A model generated the notes under the pieces. The model worked only from the letters and a program-made list of their open reading frames with translations, did not search any database and was not told the origin of the DNA. The position numbers and the translations under genes were made by a program. Below, piece by piece: positions 18,375 through 26,542 of a DNA stretch of 45,561 nt. Origin of the DNA: a virus (lineage: Duplodnaviria > Caudoviricetes); IMG/VR virus record IMGVR_UViG_3300002101_000015, positions 1-45,561 of that record; one strand, written 5' to 3'. Positions within the stretch are counted from its first letter, which is position 1. Each line of letters opens with the position of its first letter.

Positions 18375-18800
18375 ATGAAAGACATATTAAATTTTGCAAC
18401 AAATAACAGTGGACTTTTAGCAGCTCTTTTTATAGCTCTAATAGGCTTATTCAGTGCTATTATATCTAAAAACAAGCAACAGGTCTATACAAGGCTTTAT
18501 GCATTAGTAGCTCAAGCGCAGCTCTTTGAAAATGCTACAGGATCCGAGAAGTTTACTTATGTATTCGACAAGGCTTATAATTCTCTTCCGTTATGGTTAA
18601 AATTATTCGTAAGTGAAGATAATATTAAAAGAGGCATTGAATACTCACTTAATAAACTAAAGGCCTTTGCTAAATCAAAAATTGAAGCCTTAAATGTTAT
18701 TCCTTTGAATAGCAATATTCCTATTAATAATACAGTACAAGAAGTTAAATCAGTTGTATTAGAAAAAATCATACCTGCAGAGCAAACAATAGCACAATAA
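18375..18800 (+). CDS. Holin (LL-H-like)
   Basis: N-terminal TM helix, VAQAQ..GSEK motif, adjacent to endolysin. Confidence 0.72.
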   Translation: MKDILNFATNNSGLLAALFIALIGLFSAIISKNKQQVYTRLYALVAQAQLFENATGSEKFTYVFDKAYNSLPLWLKLFVSEDNIKRGIEYSLNKLKAFAKSKIEALNVIPLNSNIPINNTVQEVKSVVLEKIIPAEQTIAQ

Positions 18801-18803
18801 TTT

Positions 18804-18852
18804 AAAGACCTGAGTTGGCTTAATTGCTTTCTCAGGTCTTTTTTTATTTTTT
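18804..18852 (+). terminator. End-of-late-operon terminator
   Basis: AAAGACCTGAG/CTCAGGTCTTT stem plus long T tract. Confidence 0.85.
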
Positions 18853-18854
18853 GC

Positions 18855-18883
18855 TTTACAATAGAACGTATGTTCCGTATAAT
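18855..18883 (+). promoter_or_regulatory. SigA promoter with LexA (SOS) box in its spacer
   Basis: TTTACA-17 bp-TATAAT; GAAC-gtat-GTTC at 18864-18875. Confidence 0.85.
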
Positions 18884-18910
18884 GGAGTTATATTAAAGGG
18901 AGTGAAGTAA

Positions 18911-19129
18911 ATGATTACTATAAAACAAAAAGAAGTACTTAAAGCAATTAGTAACTTTATAGTTATTAATAAATATTCTCCCAGTGTGAGGGACCTTGCA
19001 TTAATTTTAAACTTAAAATCAACCTCTACAGTGCAAGGGCATTTGGATAGATTACAAGCTGCTGGTTATATTACAAAAGGTGAAGCTATGCCGAGGACTT
19101 TGCGAGTATTAAGAAATTCGGAGGAATGA
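18911..19129 (+). CDS. Stand-alone LexA DNA-binding domain protein
   Basis: KQKEVL..YSPSVRDLA..LKSTSTVQGHLDRLQAAGYI..PRTL matches the LexA winged helix; no S24 domain. Confidence 0.85.
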   Translation: MITIKQKEVLKAISNFIVINKYSPSVRDLALILNLKSTSTVQGHLDRLQAAGYITKGEAMPRTLRVLRNSEE

Positions 19130-19133
19130 GATC

Positions 19134-19397
19134 ATGAAGATAATAGCAAAACCAATAGAAATGGTGTCTTGGACTGATATGAAAGGTAATATAAAACCTA
19201 TAAGGTTTAAGATTGCCAATGAGGATGAAAGCAATTCTGTTATAAAAGTTGATAAGATTATGTTTATTGACAGAGAAAAGCTTGCTGGCAATGATATGCT
19301 ATTATTTAAATGTCAGAGCCTGATTGGTAATGTTCAGCGATTATTTGAATTAAAGTACGAGCTTAGAACTTGCAAGTGGATGCTGTTTAAGATGTAG
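19134..19397 (+). CDS. Hypothetical beta-rich protein in the SOS operon
   Basis: GGAGG RBS; co-oriented 4 bp after the mini-LexA gene. Confidence 0.7.
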   Translation: MKIIAKPIEMVSWTDMKGNIKPIRFKIANEDESNSVIKVDKIMFIDREKLAGNDMLLFKCQSLIGNVQRLFELKYELRTCKWMLFKM

Positions 19398-19428
19398 CAA
19401 ACAAGCTAATCAAAAAGTATATACAAAT

Positions 19429-19455
19429 AAAGGAATTTTATACCAAATGTAGAAT
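19429..19455 (+). promoter_or_regulatory. SigH-type promoter
   Basis: AAAGGAATT-11 bp-GTAGAAT matches RNAGGAWWW-N11/12-RNNGAAT. Confidence 0.65.
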
Positions 19456-19480
19456 ATACCACATATGATAAACTAATGAG

Positions 19481-19702
19481 GTGGTTATTATAGGTGTAAA
19501 GAATAGATTAAAAGAAATACGCATGAGGGAATATATGATAAGCCAAAGTGAATTTTGTGAAACAATTCTTAAAATGAGTAGATATACTTATAATCCTATA
19601 GAAAATAATAAAAAGCAGGGTGATATCACTACAATTTTTCATATATCAAAGGCACTAAAAAAGCCAATTGAAGATATCTGGTTTGAAGATGAGGCTAATT
19701 AG
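19481..19702 (+). CDS. XRE-family HTH regulator
   Basis: KNRLKEIR..SQSEF..IENN..ISKALKKPIEDIW. Confidence 0.85.
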   Translation: MVIIGVKNRLKEIRMREYMISQSEFCETILKMSRYTYNPIENNKKQGDITTIFHISKALKKPIEDIWFEDEAN

Positions 19703-19778
19703 GCCTTATTTTTTTTATCTATATTGTGGCTAAATGAATAATAAATTAATTAAATAAAAATATTTGTGCTTAAATGGA

Positions 19779-19805
19779 AACATTTTATATCCAAGTGCAT
19801 ATATT
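19779..19805 (+). promoter_or_regulatory. Possible sporulation sigma (SigK/SigE-like) promoter of parM
   Basis: AC-16 bp-CATATATT. Confidence 0.4.
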
Positions 19806-19840
19806 GATATAAGAAGTAGGAAAATGGAGGACGTTTAAAA

Positions 19841-20698
19841 ATGATTTTGGGAGTAGATTTAGGCAATGATAGTGTAAAAACCTCAAAGGGTATCAGTTTT
19901 CTATCTAAAGTATCAAAAGTGGGTAATATTTTAAATAATAATATAACCTTATCAACTTCAAACGATATCTTTTTCATAGAGGAAGGAAAGTTTGATACTG
20001 AATATAGGAAGATAAAAAAGGAATACATTAGAGAAATGTTTCTTGTTGCTGTGGCTTTAAGTTCAGGCGAAATAAATAATCAAATAGTAGTTGGGCTGCC
20101 ACTTAGCCAATACAAAGCAGATAAAGAAACATTTAAAAATCTATTATTAAAAGATAGGATGCAACGGATCAGTGTAAATGGTAATGATAGGAAGATAATA
20201 ATTGAAGATTTGGAGATTTATCCTGAAGGTATTGGAGCATTAGTTGGTCAAGAGTTTGATGGAATAATCGTAGATATTGGTGGAAGAACAACAGATATAG
20301 CCTTATTGGAAAATGGAAAAGTAAAGAAGCCTTATTCTTTACCCACAGGGACTTTAAATTTGTATTCAGAGTTCATAAAAACAATTAATAGTAAATACTC
20401 TTTAGATCTAAAATCAGAAGATGCAAATAGGATTATAAAAAATGGTTTAAAAATCTATGGTGAGCAGAAAGATATTAATTTTGGGTTAGATATATTTAAA
20501 GCCTACGTAGAGGGCATAGTGAGTGAATTACAAGTAAGTTATAGTATTAAGACATTAGACATCATGCTTATTGGTGGAGGCGCTACATTGCTATATAAAG
20601 CATTTAAAAACAGGATTCCTAATGTTCAATTAATAAATGATGCAATATTTGCAAATGCCAATGGATTTAAAAAGGTGGGTGAGAATTTATGGCTTTAA
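19841..20698 (+). CDS. ParM/StbA-family actin-like ATPase
   Basis: GVDLGN, VGLP, YPEG, VDIGGRTTD, IGGGA and ANANGF actin-fold motifs. Confidence 0.92.
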   Translation: MILGVDLGNDSVKTSKGISFLSKVSKVGNILNNNITLSTSNDIFFIEEGKFDTEYRKIKKEYIREMFLVAVALSSGEINNQIVVGLPLSQYKADKETFKNLLLKDRMQRISVNGNDRKIIIEDLEIYPEGIGALVGQEFDGIIVDIGGRTTDIALLENGKVKKPYSLPTGTLNLYSEFIKTINSKYSLDLKSEDANRIIKNGLKIYGEQKDINFGLDIFKAYVEGIVSELQVSYSIKTLDIMLIGGGATLLYKAFKNRIPNVQLINDAIFANANGFKKVGENLWL

Positions 20699-20865
20699 AA
20701 GTTAGCTTAAGCTTTAAAGAGAGTGAAAAGGAAATGTATGATTTCTTGCAATCTCAATTAAGTGCAAGTATTTATATTAAAGAATTGATAAAGAAGGAAA
20801 TGAAAATTAAAGAGGATAAACCGACAAATAAGAAAAATAATAATGACTTTAATTTAGATTTTTAG
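20689..20865 (+). CDS. ParR-like small RHH adaptor (58 aa, not in ORF track)
   Basis: MALKVSLSFKESEKEMYDFLQSQLSASIYIKELIKKEM...DFNLDF; overlaps the parM stop. Confidence 0.75.
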   Translation: MALKVSLSFKESEKEMYDFLQSQLSASIYIKELIKKEMKIKEDKPTNKKNNNDFNLDF

Positions 20866-20869
20866 CAAT

Positions 20870-20897
20870 AAAAAACCACTTCCTCGGGGGAAATGGT
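20870..20897 (-). terminator. Minus-strand intrinsic terminator
   Basis: On - strand ACCATTTCC-cccga-GGAAGTGGT-TTTTT. Confidence 0.75.
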
Positions 20898-21014
20898 AAA
20901 TTTCTACTGCTCGCTCACTACGTCACGCTATACAGTAGAGTATGATTTCAAGTAACAAAAGATGCTATATTTTATATAAATATTTTAATTTAATATTTCA
21001 TTCATATTTTAAAA

Positions 21015-21077
21015 TTACTGAATTATTTCAGCAAATATATAAAGAGCTGCAATAACTAAACTTAATCCAAACAACAT
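21015..21077 (-). CDS. 20-aa hydrophobic micropeptide MLFGLSLVIAALYIFAEIIQ
   Basis: GAGGTGA RBS; upstream TTGAAT-18 bp-TATAAT (21126-21097) on - strand. Confidence 0.6.
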   Translation of the reverse strand: MLFGLSLVIAALYIFAEIIQ

Positions 21078-21138
21078 ATTTATCACCTCACAATGCATTA
21101 TAACCAACTTTATTTAATTTATTCAAGGAGGAAAAATT

Positions 21139-21552
21139 ATGTTAAATTATTTTTGTAAAACAACAACTATGAGTATTGATGATTTTTTAAAATCAGAAAA
21201 AGAGAAATCTACCTTACCAGAAGTAAGAAAAACTCATGATTTTATAAATGGGATTATGAGCAATGATAGATACAAAAAATTTATAGTAGTATTTTTAGGA
21301 ATTACTCTATATTGTAGTAAAGTCTTAGCGGCAACAAACAAAGGGATTGATCCTTTAGGTAATACATTGTTGAATTTAATAAGACATTGGGCTTACTGGG
21401 TAATATTAGTTATGTGCATTTTGGAAGTTATTAGAGCTGGGATAAGCGGAGACTCTAAAAAAATATTAAGTATAATAATGAAATATGTCGTTGTATTTGC
21501 AAGTATGTATCTTGTCCCAGCAATATTTGATGCGATTAGAGATTCATTTTAA
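21139..21552 (+). CDS. TrbC/VirB2 pilin-like membrane protein
   Basis: Signal-like segment ending VLA, then two hydrophobic helices joined by GDSKK; family call from architecture only. Confidence 0.55.
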   Translation: MLNYFCKTTTMSIDDFLKSEKEKSTLPEVRKTHDFINGIMSNDRYKKFIVVFLGITLYCSKVLAATNKGIDPLGNTLLNLIRHWAYWVILVMCILEVIRAGISGDSKKILSIIMKYVVVFASMYLVPAIFDAIRDSF

Positions 21553-21564
21553 GGAGGTTTTATT

Positions 21565-21846
21565 ATGGCAAATGTTAAAGAGATAATAGATGGCTTAAAA
21601 ACTGCAGGTACAACCGGATGGGATTCTATTAAAACTATAGCAGATTTTTTAAATTATTTAATGCATCCCAGCTTAATCTTAAAAGGACTTTGGTATTATA
21701 CTCAGTTATATTCATTTTGGATATGTTTATTTATTGCTTTAATATCACTAATCCTTTATATTCTTGGATTTAAAAAATTTGCTAAGTATGTTCCCGCAAG
21801 TGTAGCAATATATACACTAATAAAAATGATAGCAAGTGCATTCTAA
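21565..21846 (+). CDS. Small membrane protein (VirB3-like position)
   Basis: Two hydrophobic helices; stop overlaps the ATPase start. Confidence 0.6.
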   Translation: MANVKEIIDGLKTAGTTGWDSIKTIADFLNYLMHPSLILKGLWYYTQLYSFWICLFIALISLILYILGFKKFAKYVPASVAIYTLIKMIASAF

Positions 21847-24191
21847 TGTTTAAAAAAAATGGCTCAATGCCTTTAGATAAATATTTTCAACTAATAAAAC
21901 CACAGTACGTATATCTCCAAATTATACCCCACAAATCAACGAGAAATTATAATAGTGCTAACATTGCCAAGGCTATCCAACATACTTATAAGGCTATAAA
22001 CAGTCGCATAAAGATAGAGCAGAGAAAACTATTCATACAAACCAATTTTAAAATTAGCTATGTGATTGATATTAGAAAATCCAATACAAGTTTTTACTTT
22101 ATAGTTCCTAATATATTTCTTAATATAATAATAGAAAAGATTAGAGAAATTTGGAGTCAAGTAGAATTAAATATTGTAGAAAAAATTGAAGGCTTCAGCA
22201 CTAATACTATGTACTATCAACTGAATTATAAAAAAGAAGATGCACTAAGTCTTCAGGTAGATAAAAAAAGCAATGAACCTTTAAATAGCATTTTAGCGGT
22301 TATGGAAATCATGCAAGAAGATGATCGTGTTACTTTAGTCTATAATTTTATACCTAAAAGCCAATTCTACTGGCAGAAAAGCTATAATGCTACAAGAAAA
22401 AAGATTGAAAAAATGAAGATCATAGACAAGGATAGCACTACTATTGAGTATAAATTAAAAGCAGCTTTAAGCTTCCTGAATTATATATTTAATTCCATGT
22501 TATTAACCCTAAATGATTTTGGAGGAAAGCCTAAGGAAGTTAATAATGTTTTGACAGAGCTACTTGTTACATCAAATATTTTAGAAGTTAATAAAAGACT
22601 ATCCAACTCAACTAATTTAAAAAAAGATAAATCCGTACTGGATGCACAGATATTTATTGCTACAAATAGTGTAGATAAGATAAGGCAAGAGAATAATGCG
22701 CAAGTAATAGCTCAATCCTTTCGTATATTAGATGAGGATAATGAGTTAGTATCTAAAAAGGTTAAATTAAAAGCTAATGAAGTATTAAATATAGAGGACT
22801 ACAAATTTAAAAATGTTGGTGAAAATACATTTTCCGTAGATGAGTGCCAGAACTTCATTCAACAACCAGGAAGACAGTTAATGAGAAGTTTAGGAATAAA
22901 GCACACTGAGGTTAATGAAGTACAGGTACCTAAAGAGCTAAGGGAAGGATATATAAGCTTAGGTCCGGTTAAATGTAAAGGTAATATCCAAGATGCTTAT
23001 ATAGAGGATAAATATGATAAGGGAAGTTTACCACTCATACCAGTAGGATCTCAAGGAGCTGGGAAATCTACATTTATGGCTAATTATTATAGATTTTCGA
23101 ATAAAAGAAAAGAAGGAGGAGTGATAATAGACTTTATAAAGAATTGTGAAATGTCTGAGGAAGTTATAAATTACTTGCCTCCTGAAGATATTATTGTATT
23201 GGATTATACAAAGTCTGGGGACATTCAAGGATTTGCCTTCAATGAATATAAGATAAATGATGAAATGGATACATTTGAAAAACTTAACTTGGCTAATCTA
23301 CAAGCTCAGCAAATATTAACTTTCGTAGATTCAATTAATCAAGAGCAACCACTTCAGGCCCGAATGAGAAAGTACTTATCTGCTGCAGCTAACATAGTAT
23401 TTGCAACGGGAGAAAATGCCCTGAAAGAAGTTGTTAAATGTTTAGAATACAATGAAGTAAGAGTATCATATATTGACAAATTATTGGATGAAGAAAAAGA
23501 GTTCTTAGAGGATGAAATTAGATATTTAGAGGAACTTGATGAATATTCTAAACCTACGAAAGATAGTCCAATACCAATAATTATAGGGACCAGATATGAC
23601 AGGATAGAGGGTATTTTAGATAGAATAAGTCTTTTGAGAGAAGATTTTAAACTTAAGTATATGTTCAACAAAGGATCCAAAGGCAATATAGATTTTGCTG
23701 AAGAACTTGAAAAGGGTAAAACAATTATAATACGTATGCCCCAAGATTCCTTTAAGAAACACGCTAAGAATGTCATAGTAACCTTTTTACTCTCTAAGAT
23801 ATGGATAGCTACAGAGATAAGGGGGAAGTGGAACAAACAGCCTAAGCCTACACATATAAGCATTGATGAAATATATCAAACTAAAACTGCTATGAAAATG
23901 TTGGCAAATGATGAGATATTGCCTCAGACACGTAAGTTTGGTTGTAAGTTTATCTTAAGTTGTCAATATACGGACCAGATAGAGATATTAATGGATACCT
24001 TGGTAGGAGCCGGATCATCCTTTATGTTTATGACAGGAACAAGTGAAAAAGACTTTAAACTATTTGAAAGCAAATTGGAGGGATTTGAGTTTGAAGATTT
24101 AAGGGATATGGAGAAATTTCATAGTCTGAATTTAATATATTATTCAGGAGGTTATGCTTCATTTATTAGCAAATTGCCAAAACCATTATAG
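21846..24191 (+). CDS. VirB4/VirD4/HerA-FtsK superfamily P-loop ATPase
   Basis: Walker A GSQGAGKS, IIDF strand, Walker B ISIDE, RKFG and LSCQ motifs; 781 aa. Confidence 0.82.
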   Translation: MFKKNGSMPLDKYFQLIKPQYVYLQIIPHKSTRNYNSANIAKAIQHTYKAINSRIKIEQRKLFIQTNFKISYVIDIRKSNTSFYFIVPNIFLNIIIEKIREIWSQVELNIVEKIEGFSTNTMYYQLNYKKEDALSLQVDKKSNEPLNSILAVMEIMQEDDRVTLVYNFIPKSQFYWQKSYNATRKKIEKMKIIDKDSTTIEYKLKAALSFLNYIFNSMLLTLNDFGGKPKEVNNVLTELLVTSNILEVNKRLSNSTNLKKDKSVLDAQIFIATNSVDKIRQENNAQVIAQSFRILDEDNELVSKKVKLKANEVLNIEDYKFKNVGENTFSVDECQNFIQQPGRQLMRSLGIKHTEVNEVQVPKELREGYISLGPVKCKGNIQDAYIEDKYDKGSLPLIPVGSQGAGKSTFMANYYRFSNKRKEGGVIIDFIKNCEMSEEVINYLPPEDIIVLDYTKSGDIQGFAFNEYKINDEMDTFEKLNLANLQAQQILTFVDSINQEQPLQARMRKYLSAAANIVFATGENALKEVVKCLEYNEVRVSYIDKLLDEEKEFLEDEIRYLEELDEYSKPTKDSPIPIIIGTRYDRIEGILDRISLLREDFKLKYMFNKGSKGNIDFAEELEKGKTIIIRMPQDSFKKHAKNVIVTFLLSKIWIATEIRGKWNKQPKPTHISIDEIYQTKTAMKMLANDEILPQTRKFGCKFILSCQYTDQIEILMDTLVGAGSSFMFMTGTSEKDFKLFESKLEGFEFEDLRDMEKFHSLNLIYYSGGYASFISKLPKPL

Positions 24192-24210
24192 GAACTTAGG
24201 CTCTTTTTAA

Positions 24211-24250
24211 CATAAAAAATAAGTCCATATTCCAGGGCTTATTTTTTATG
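24211..24250. terminator. Bidirectional terminator
   Basis: CATAAAAAATAAGTCC/GGGCTTATTTTTTATG between convergent genes. Confidence 0.8.
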
Positions 24251-24379
24251 TTTTTCTTTTAAATACTCTATTAAGAGTTTATTAACAATCGCGGATAAAT
24301 TAGTATCTTCATCCACAGCTATCTTCTTAACTGCCTTAACTATATCATCATCTAAATATAAATCTTTCTTACGCTTCAT
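24239..24379 (-). CDS. CopG/RHH-type 46-aa regulator (not in ORF track)
   Basis: MKRKKDLYLDDDIVKAVKKIAVDEDTNLSAIVNKLLIEYL..; GGGGTG RBS. Confidence 0.78.
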   Translation of the reverse strand: MKRKKDLYLDDDIVKAVKKIAVDEDTNLSAIVNKLLIEYLKEKHKK

Positions 24380-24468
24380 TAAATACACCCCAAGTTAATT
24401 GTAAAGGAATGTATTTAATAAATATATGCGATATTACGGAATGTCGCATATAAGTATCTAAAAAAAAG

Positions 24469-24696
24469 TTATTTACAACAGCCCCAATTACATTTGTGAG
24501 GATAATTAAATTTAAGTAAATCATGAGGGCATACTTCCAACGCAATTGCTATTTTTACAATCGTATCAACACTTGGGGATCTTCCTAAGGTTTCGATTTC
24601 GGAAATTTCGGATTGGCTTATCCCACTTTTGGAGGATAATTCTGCTTGCGACATATGATTCTTTGCTCTATATTTTTTTATTTTAATTTTATACAT
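24469..24696 (-). CDS. XRE-family HTH regulator with Cys-rich tail
   Basis: MSQAELSSKSGISQSEISEIE..SPSVDTIVKIAIAL. Confidence 0.85.
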   Translation of the reverse strand: MYKIKIKKYRAKNHMSQAELSSKSGISQSEISEIETLGRSPSVDTIVKIAIALEVCPHDLLKFNYPHKCNWGCCK

Positions 24697-24771
24697 ATTA
24701 CCTCACAATACACTTTTATATATTAATTTATATTATAAATGAACAAAAATCAATACGCAAAATTTGGTAAT

Positions 24772-24789
24772 TGTCGAAATTAGGGCGAA
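24772..24789 (+). promoter_or_regulatory. Putative Spo0A boxes
   Basis: Perfect TGTCGAA then degenerate GGGCGAA in a divergent intergenic region. Confidence 0.45.
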
Positions 24790-24877
24790 AATATTGATAT
24801 AGTGGTAAAGAAATGGTTTACAATGGGATGAGAGTAGTAGTTAAGGTGTGTGTTTCTTTAAAGTTAGTACTATCGCT

Positions 24878-24919
24878 CGAACATGTGTTCTTTACTTTTA
24901 TGAGTTCAGGTGCTATTAT
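24878..24919 (+). promoter_or_regulatory. LexA (SOS) box abutting a SigA promoter
   Basis: CGAACATGTGTTCT, then TTTACT-17 bp-TATTAT with TG extension. Confidence 0.78.
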
Positions 24920-24960
24920 GAAAATATTGGGGCATAATTAAAAAATCGGAAGGAGATAAC

Positions 24961-25158
24961 ATGAAGCAAACAGATGATTATGAAGAGGGGGTTATACTTT
25001 TAAAAAATAAAAGTGAAGCAGCTAAGTTGTGGGAGAATGAATCTAATGCGTATAACGCCATGATGGATTATTTAGAAAGTAAAGGTTTAAATGGGGAAGA
25101 TTTAATTGACTTTATAGAATTGCTTAGAGTTTATATTAGTAAATCATCATACATATAG
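24961..25158 (+). CDS. Small acidic hypothetical protein
   Basis: AAGGAG RBS; downstream of the SOS-box promoter. Confidence 0.65.
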   Translation: MKQTDDYEEGVILLKNKSEAAKLWENESNAYNAMMDYLESKGLNGEDLIDFIELLRVYISKSSYI

Positions 25159-25164
25159 TTCAAT

Positions 25165-25406
25165 AAAACCGCACAGAAAACCGCACAAACTCTTAAAGTA
25201 TAAAATAACAACTTAAAGCATGTGCAAACTTGTTGCTTTTGAGCAACTAATCAACGGAATACAGAGCTTTGTAAATCAGCACTTTAACAAATATATTAAA
25301 AGTTGCATTCTCATGGTTTCCTAAACCGTGGGCCGGAGGTTCGAATCCTCTTGAGCGCACCATTTACCCCACTTTCAAAATTGAAAAACCGCACAAATAA
25401 AGCACA
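25165..25406. other. attP: attP with integrase arm-type repeats
   Basis: AAAACCGCACA at 25165, 25177 and 25385 (degenerate copy 25396) flank a tRNA-derived core next to the integrase 3' end. Confidence 0.85.
25312..25362 (+). tRNA. 3' fragment of tRNA-Arg(CCT), att core (not a full tRNA)
   Basis: Anticodon arm ATGGT-TTCCTAA-ACCGT, T arm GGAGGTTCGAATCCTC, CCA end; no 5' acceptor strand or D arm. Confidence 0.85.
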
Positions 25407-25434
25407 AAAGAAAAAACAGCCATAATTGACTGTT

Positions 25435-26538
25435 TTATTTAAATATATTCTTAACTTGTTGATCCAATTCTTTTGTTTCTTCTAATCCTAAATGCTGATA
25501 TATCTTTTTCAATACCCATATATCATGTCCAAGTCTTCCAGCAGCGTACTGATCAGGTACGTTATTTTTATATAATAAACTTGCATGATAATGCCTCAAG
25601 TCATGGAATCTTATCTTGGGTAAATTATTGCTTTTTAGATTTATTATCTTTCTATATTTTTTACTAAAACTATCCGGATTATAGGAAAATATTTCGGGCT
25701 TTATTTCTGCTTTATTGTTATTTTTAATTTCATCTTTTTTACTTTTCTTTTTAGGTTTTAATTGTCTCATATCCTTTAATAAGGACATTACATAATCAGG
25801 TGCAATAATTGTTCGTATACCATTTGCACTTTTAGGTGACTTTAATTCGAATTGATATCCTTCTTCTTCAAGAGCTACTGCTTCATCTACTCTTATCATA
25901 CAATCTTTTTCATTTATATCGTCCCACTTAAGTGCAAATATTTCACCTCTTCGTAAACCACACCACCCAGCTAACAAAATAATAACTTCATCCTGCAAGC
26001 CAATACTTTTAAAAACCTGATGTATTCTTTCAAATTCCACTTCAGTCGGAATAGTTGGTGTAAATTCACTATTCTGTGGAGCTTTAATTCCCAAACATGG
26101 GGATTTAGTCTTTAATGTATCATAAAACATTTTGGCCAAAGTAAAATAGTGCTTTCTGACAGTAGTTGAAGATAAGCATTTTAGTTTATCAGATAGATAT
26201 TTTTTTATTTGCATATCGGTTATTTGGTTAACTCTAAGGTTTCCAAACGCTGGTGTAAAGTGCAGATCAATATAAGTTTTATATGCCTTGATTGTAGTGT
26301 TTGCAAGAAAGGGTTTATTGATCTCAAACCACTTATCCATATAATCACACATTTTCATTCTGCTTAGGTTATTTAGAGACCTATTTGCAATTTCCTCTTC
26401 AAGATCTCTCACCGCATTTTTACATTCTTTTAATCCATCTCTTGTTACATACTCTCTTAGCATCTTATTATTTGAATCTCTACCTACATATACGACAGCA
26501 CTATAGGTACCATTTGCATTTTTCTTTATACTCGCCAT
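25435..26538 (-). CDS. int: Tyrosine integrase
   Basis: GLRRGE, FHDLRH, RLGH and IY catalytic motifs; N-terminal arm-binding region. Confidence 0.95.
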   Translation of the reverse strand: MASIKKNANGTYSAVVYVGRDSNNKMLREYVTRDGLKECKNAVRDLEEEIANRSLNNLSRMKMCDYMDKWFEINKPFLANTTIKAYKTYIDLHFTPAFGNLRVNQITDMQIKKYLSDKLKCLSSTTVRKHYFTLAKMFYDTLKTKSPCLGIKAPQNSEFTPTIPTEVEFERIHQVFKSIGLQDEVIILLAGWCGLRRGEIFALKWDDINEKDCMIRVDEAVALEEEGYQFELKSPKSANGIRTIIAPDYVMSLLKDMRQLKPKKKSKKDEIKNNNKAEIKPEIFSYNPDSFSKKYRKIINLKSNNLPKIRFHDLRHYHASLLYKNNVPDQYAAGRLGHDIWVLKKIYQHLGLEETKELDQQVKNIFK

Positions 26539-26542
26539 CTCT

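Noticed and set aside
19703-19840. parC centromere repeats
   Set aside because: AT-rich, but no clear iterated repeat could be defined
21139-24191. Complete conjugation (T4SS/ICE) system
   Set aside because: No relaxase, VirB6/B8, second ATPase or hydrolase in the window
24541-24565. CGCAATTGCTA match to the left arm of site C
   Set aside because: Inside a coding region with no right arm
25312-25362. Functional tRNA gene
   Set aside because: Lacks the 5' acceptor strand and D arm; better explained as the att core
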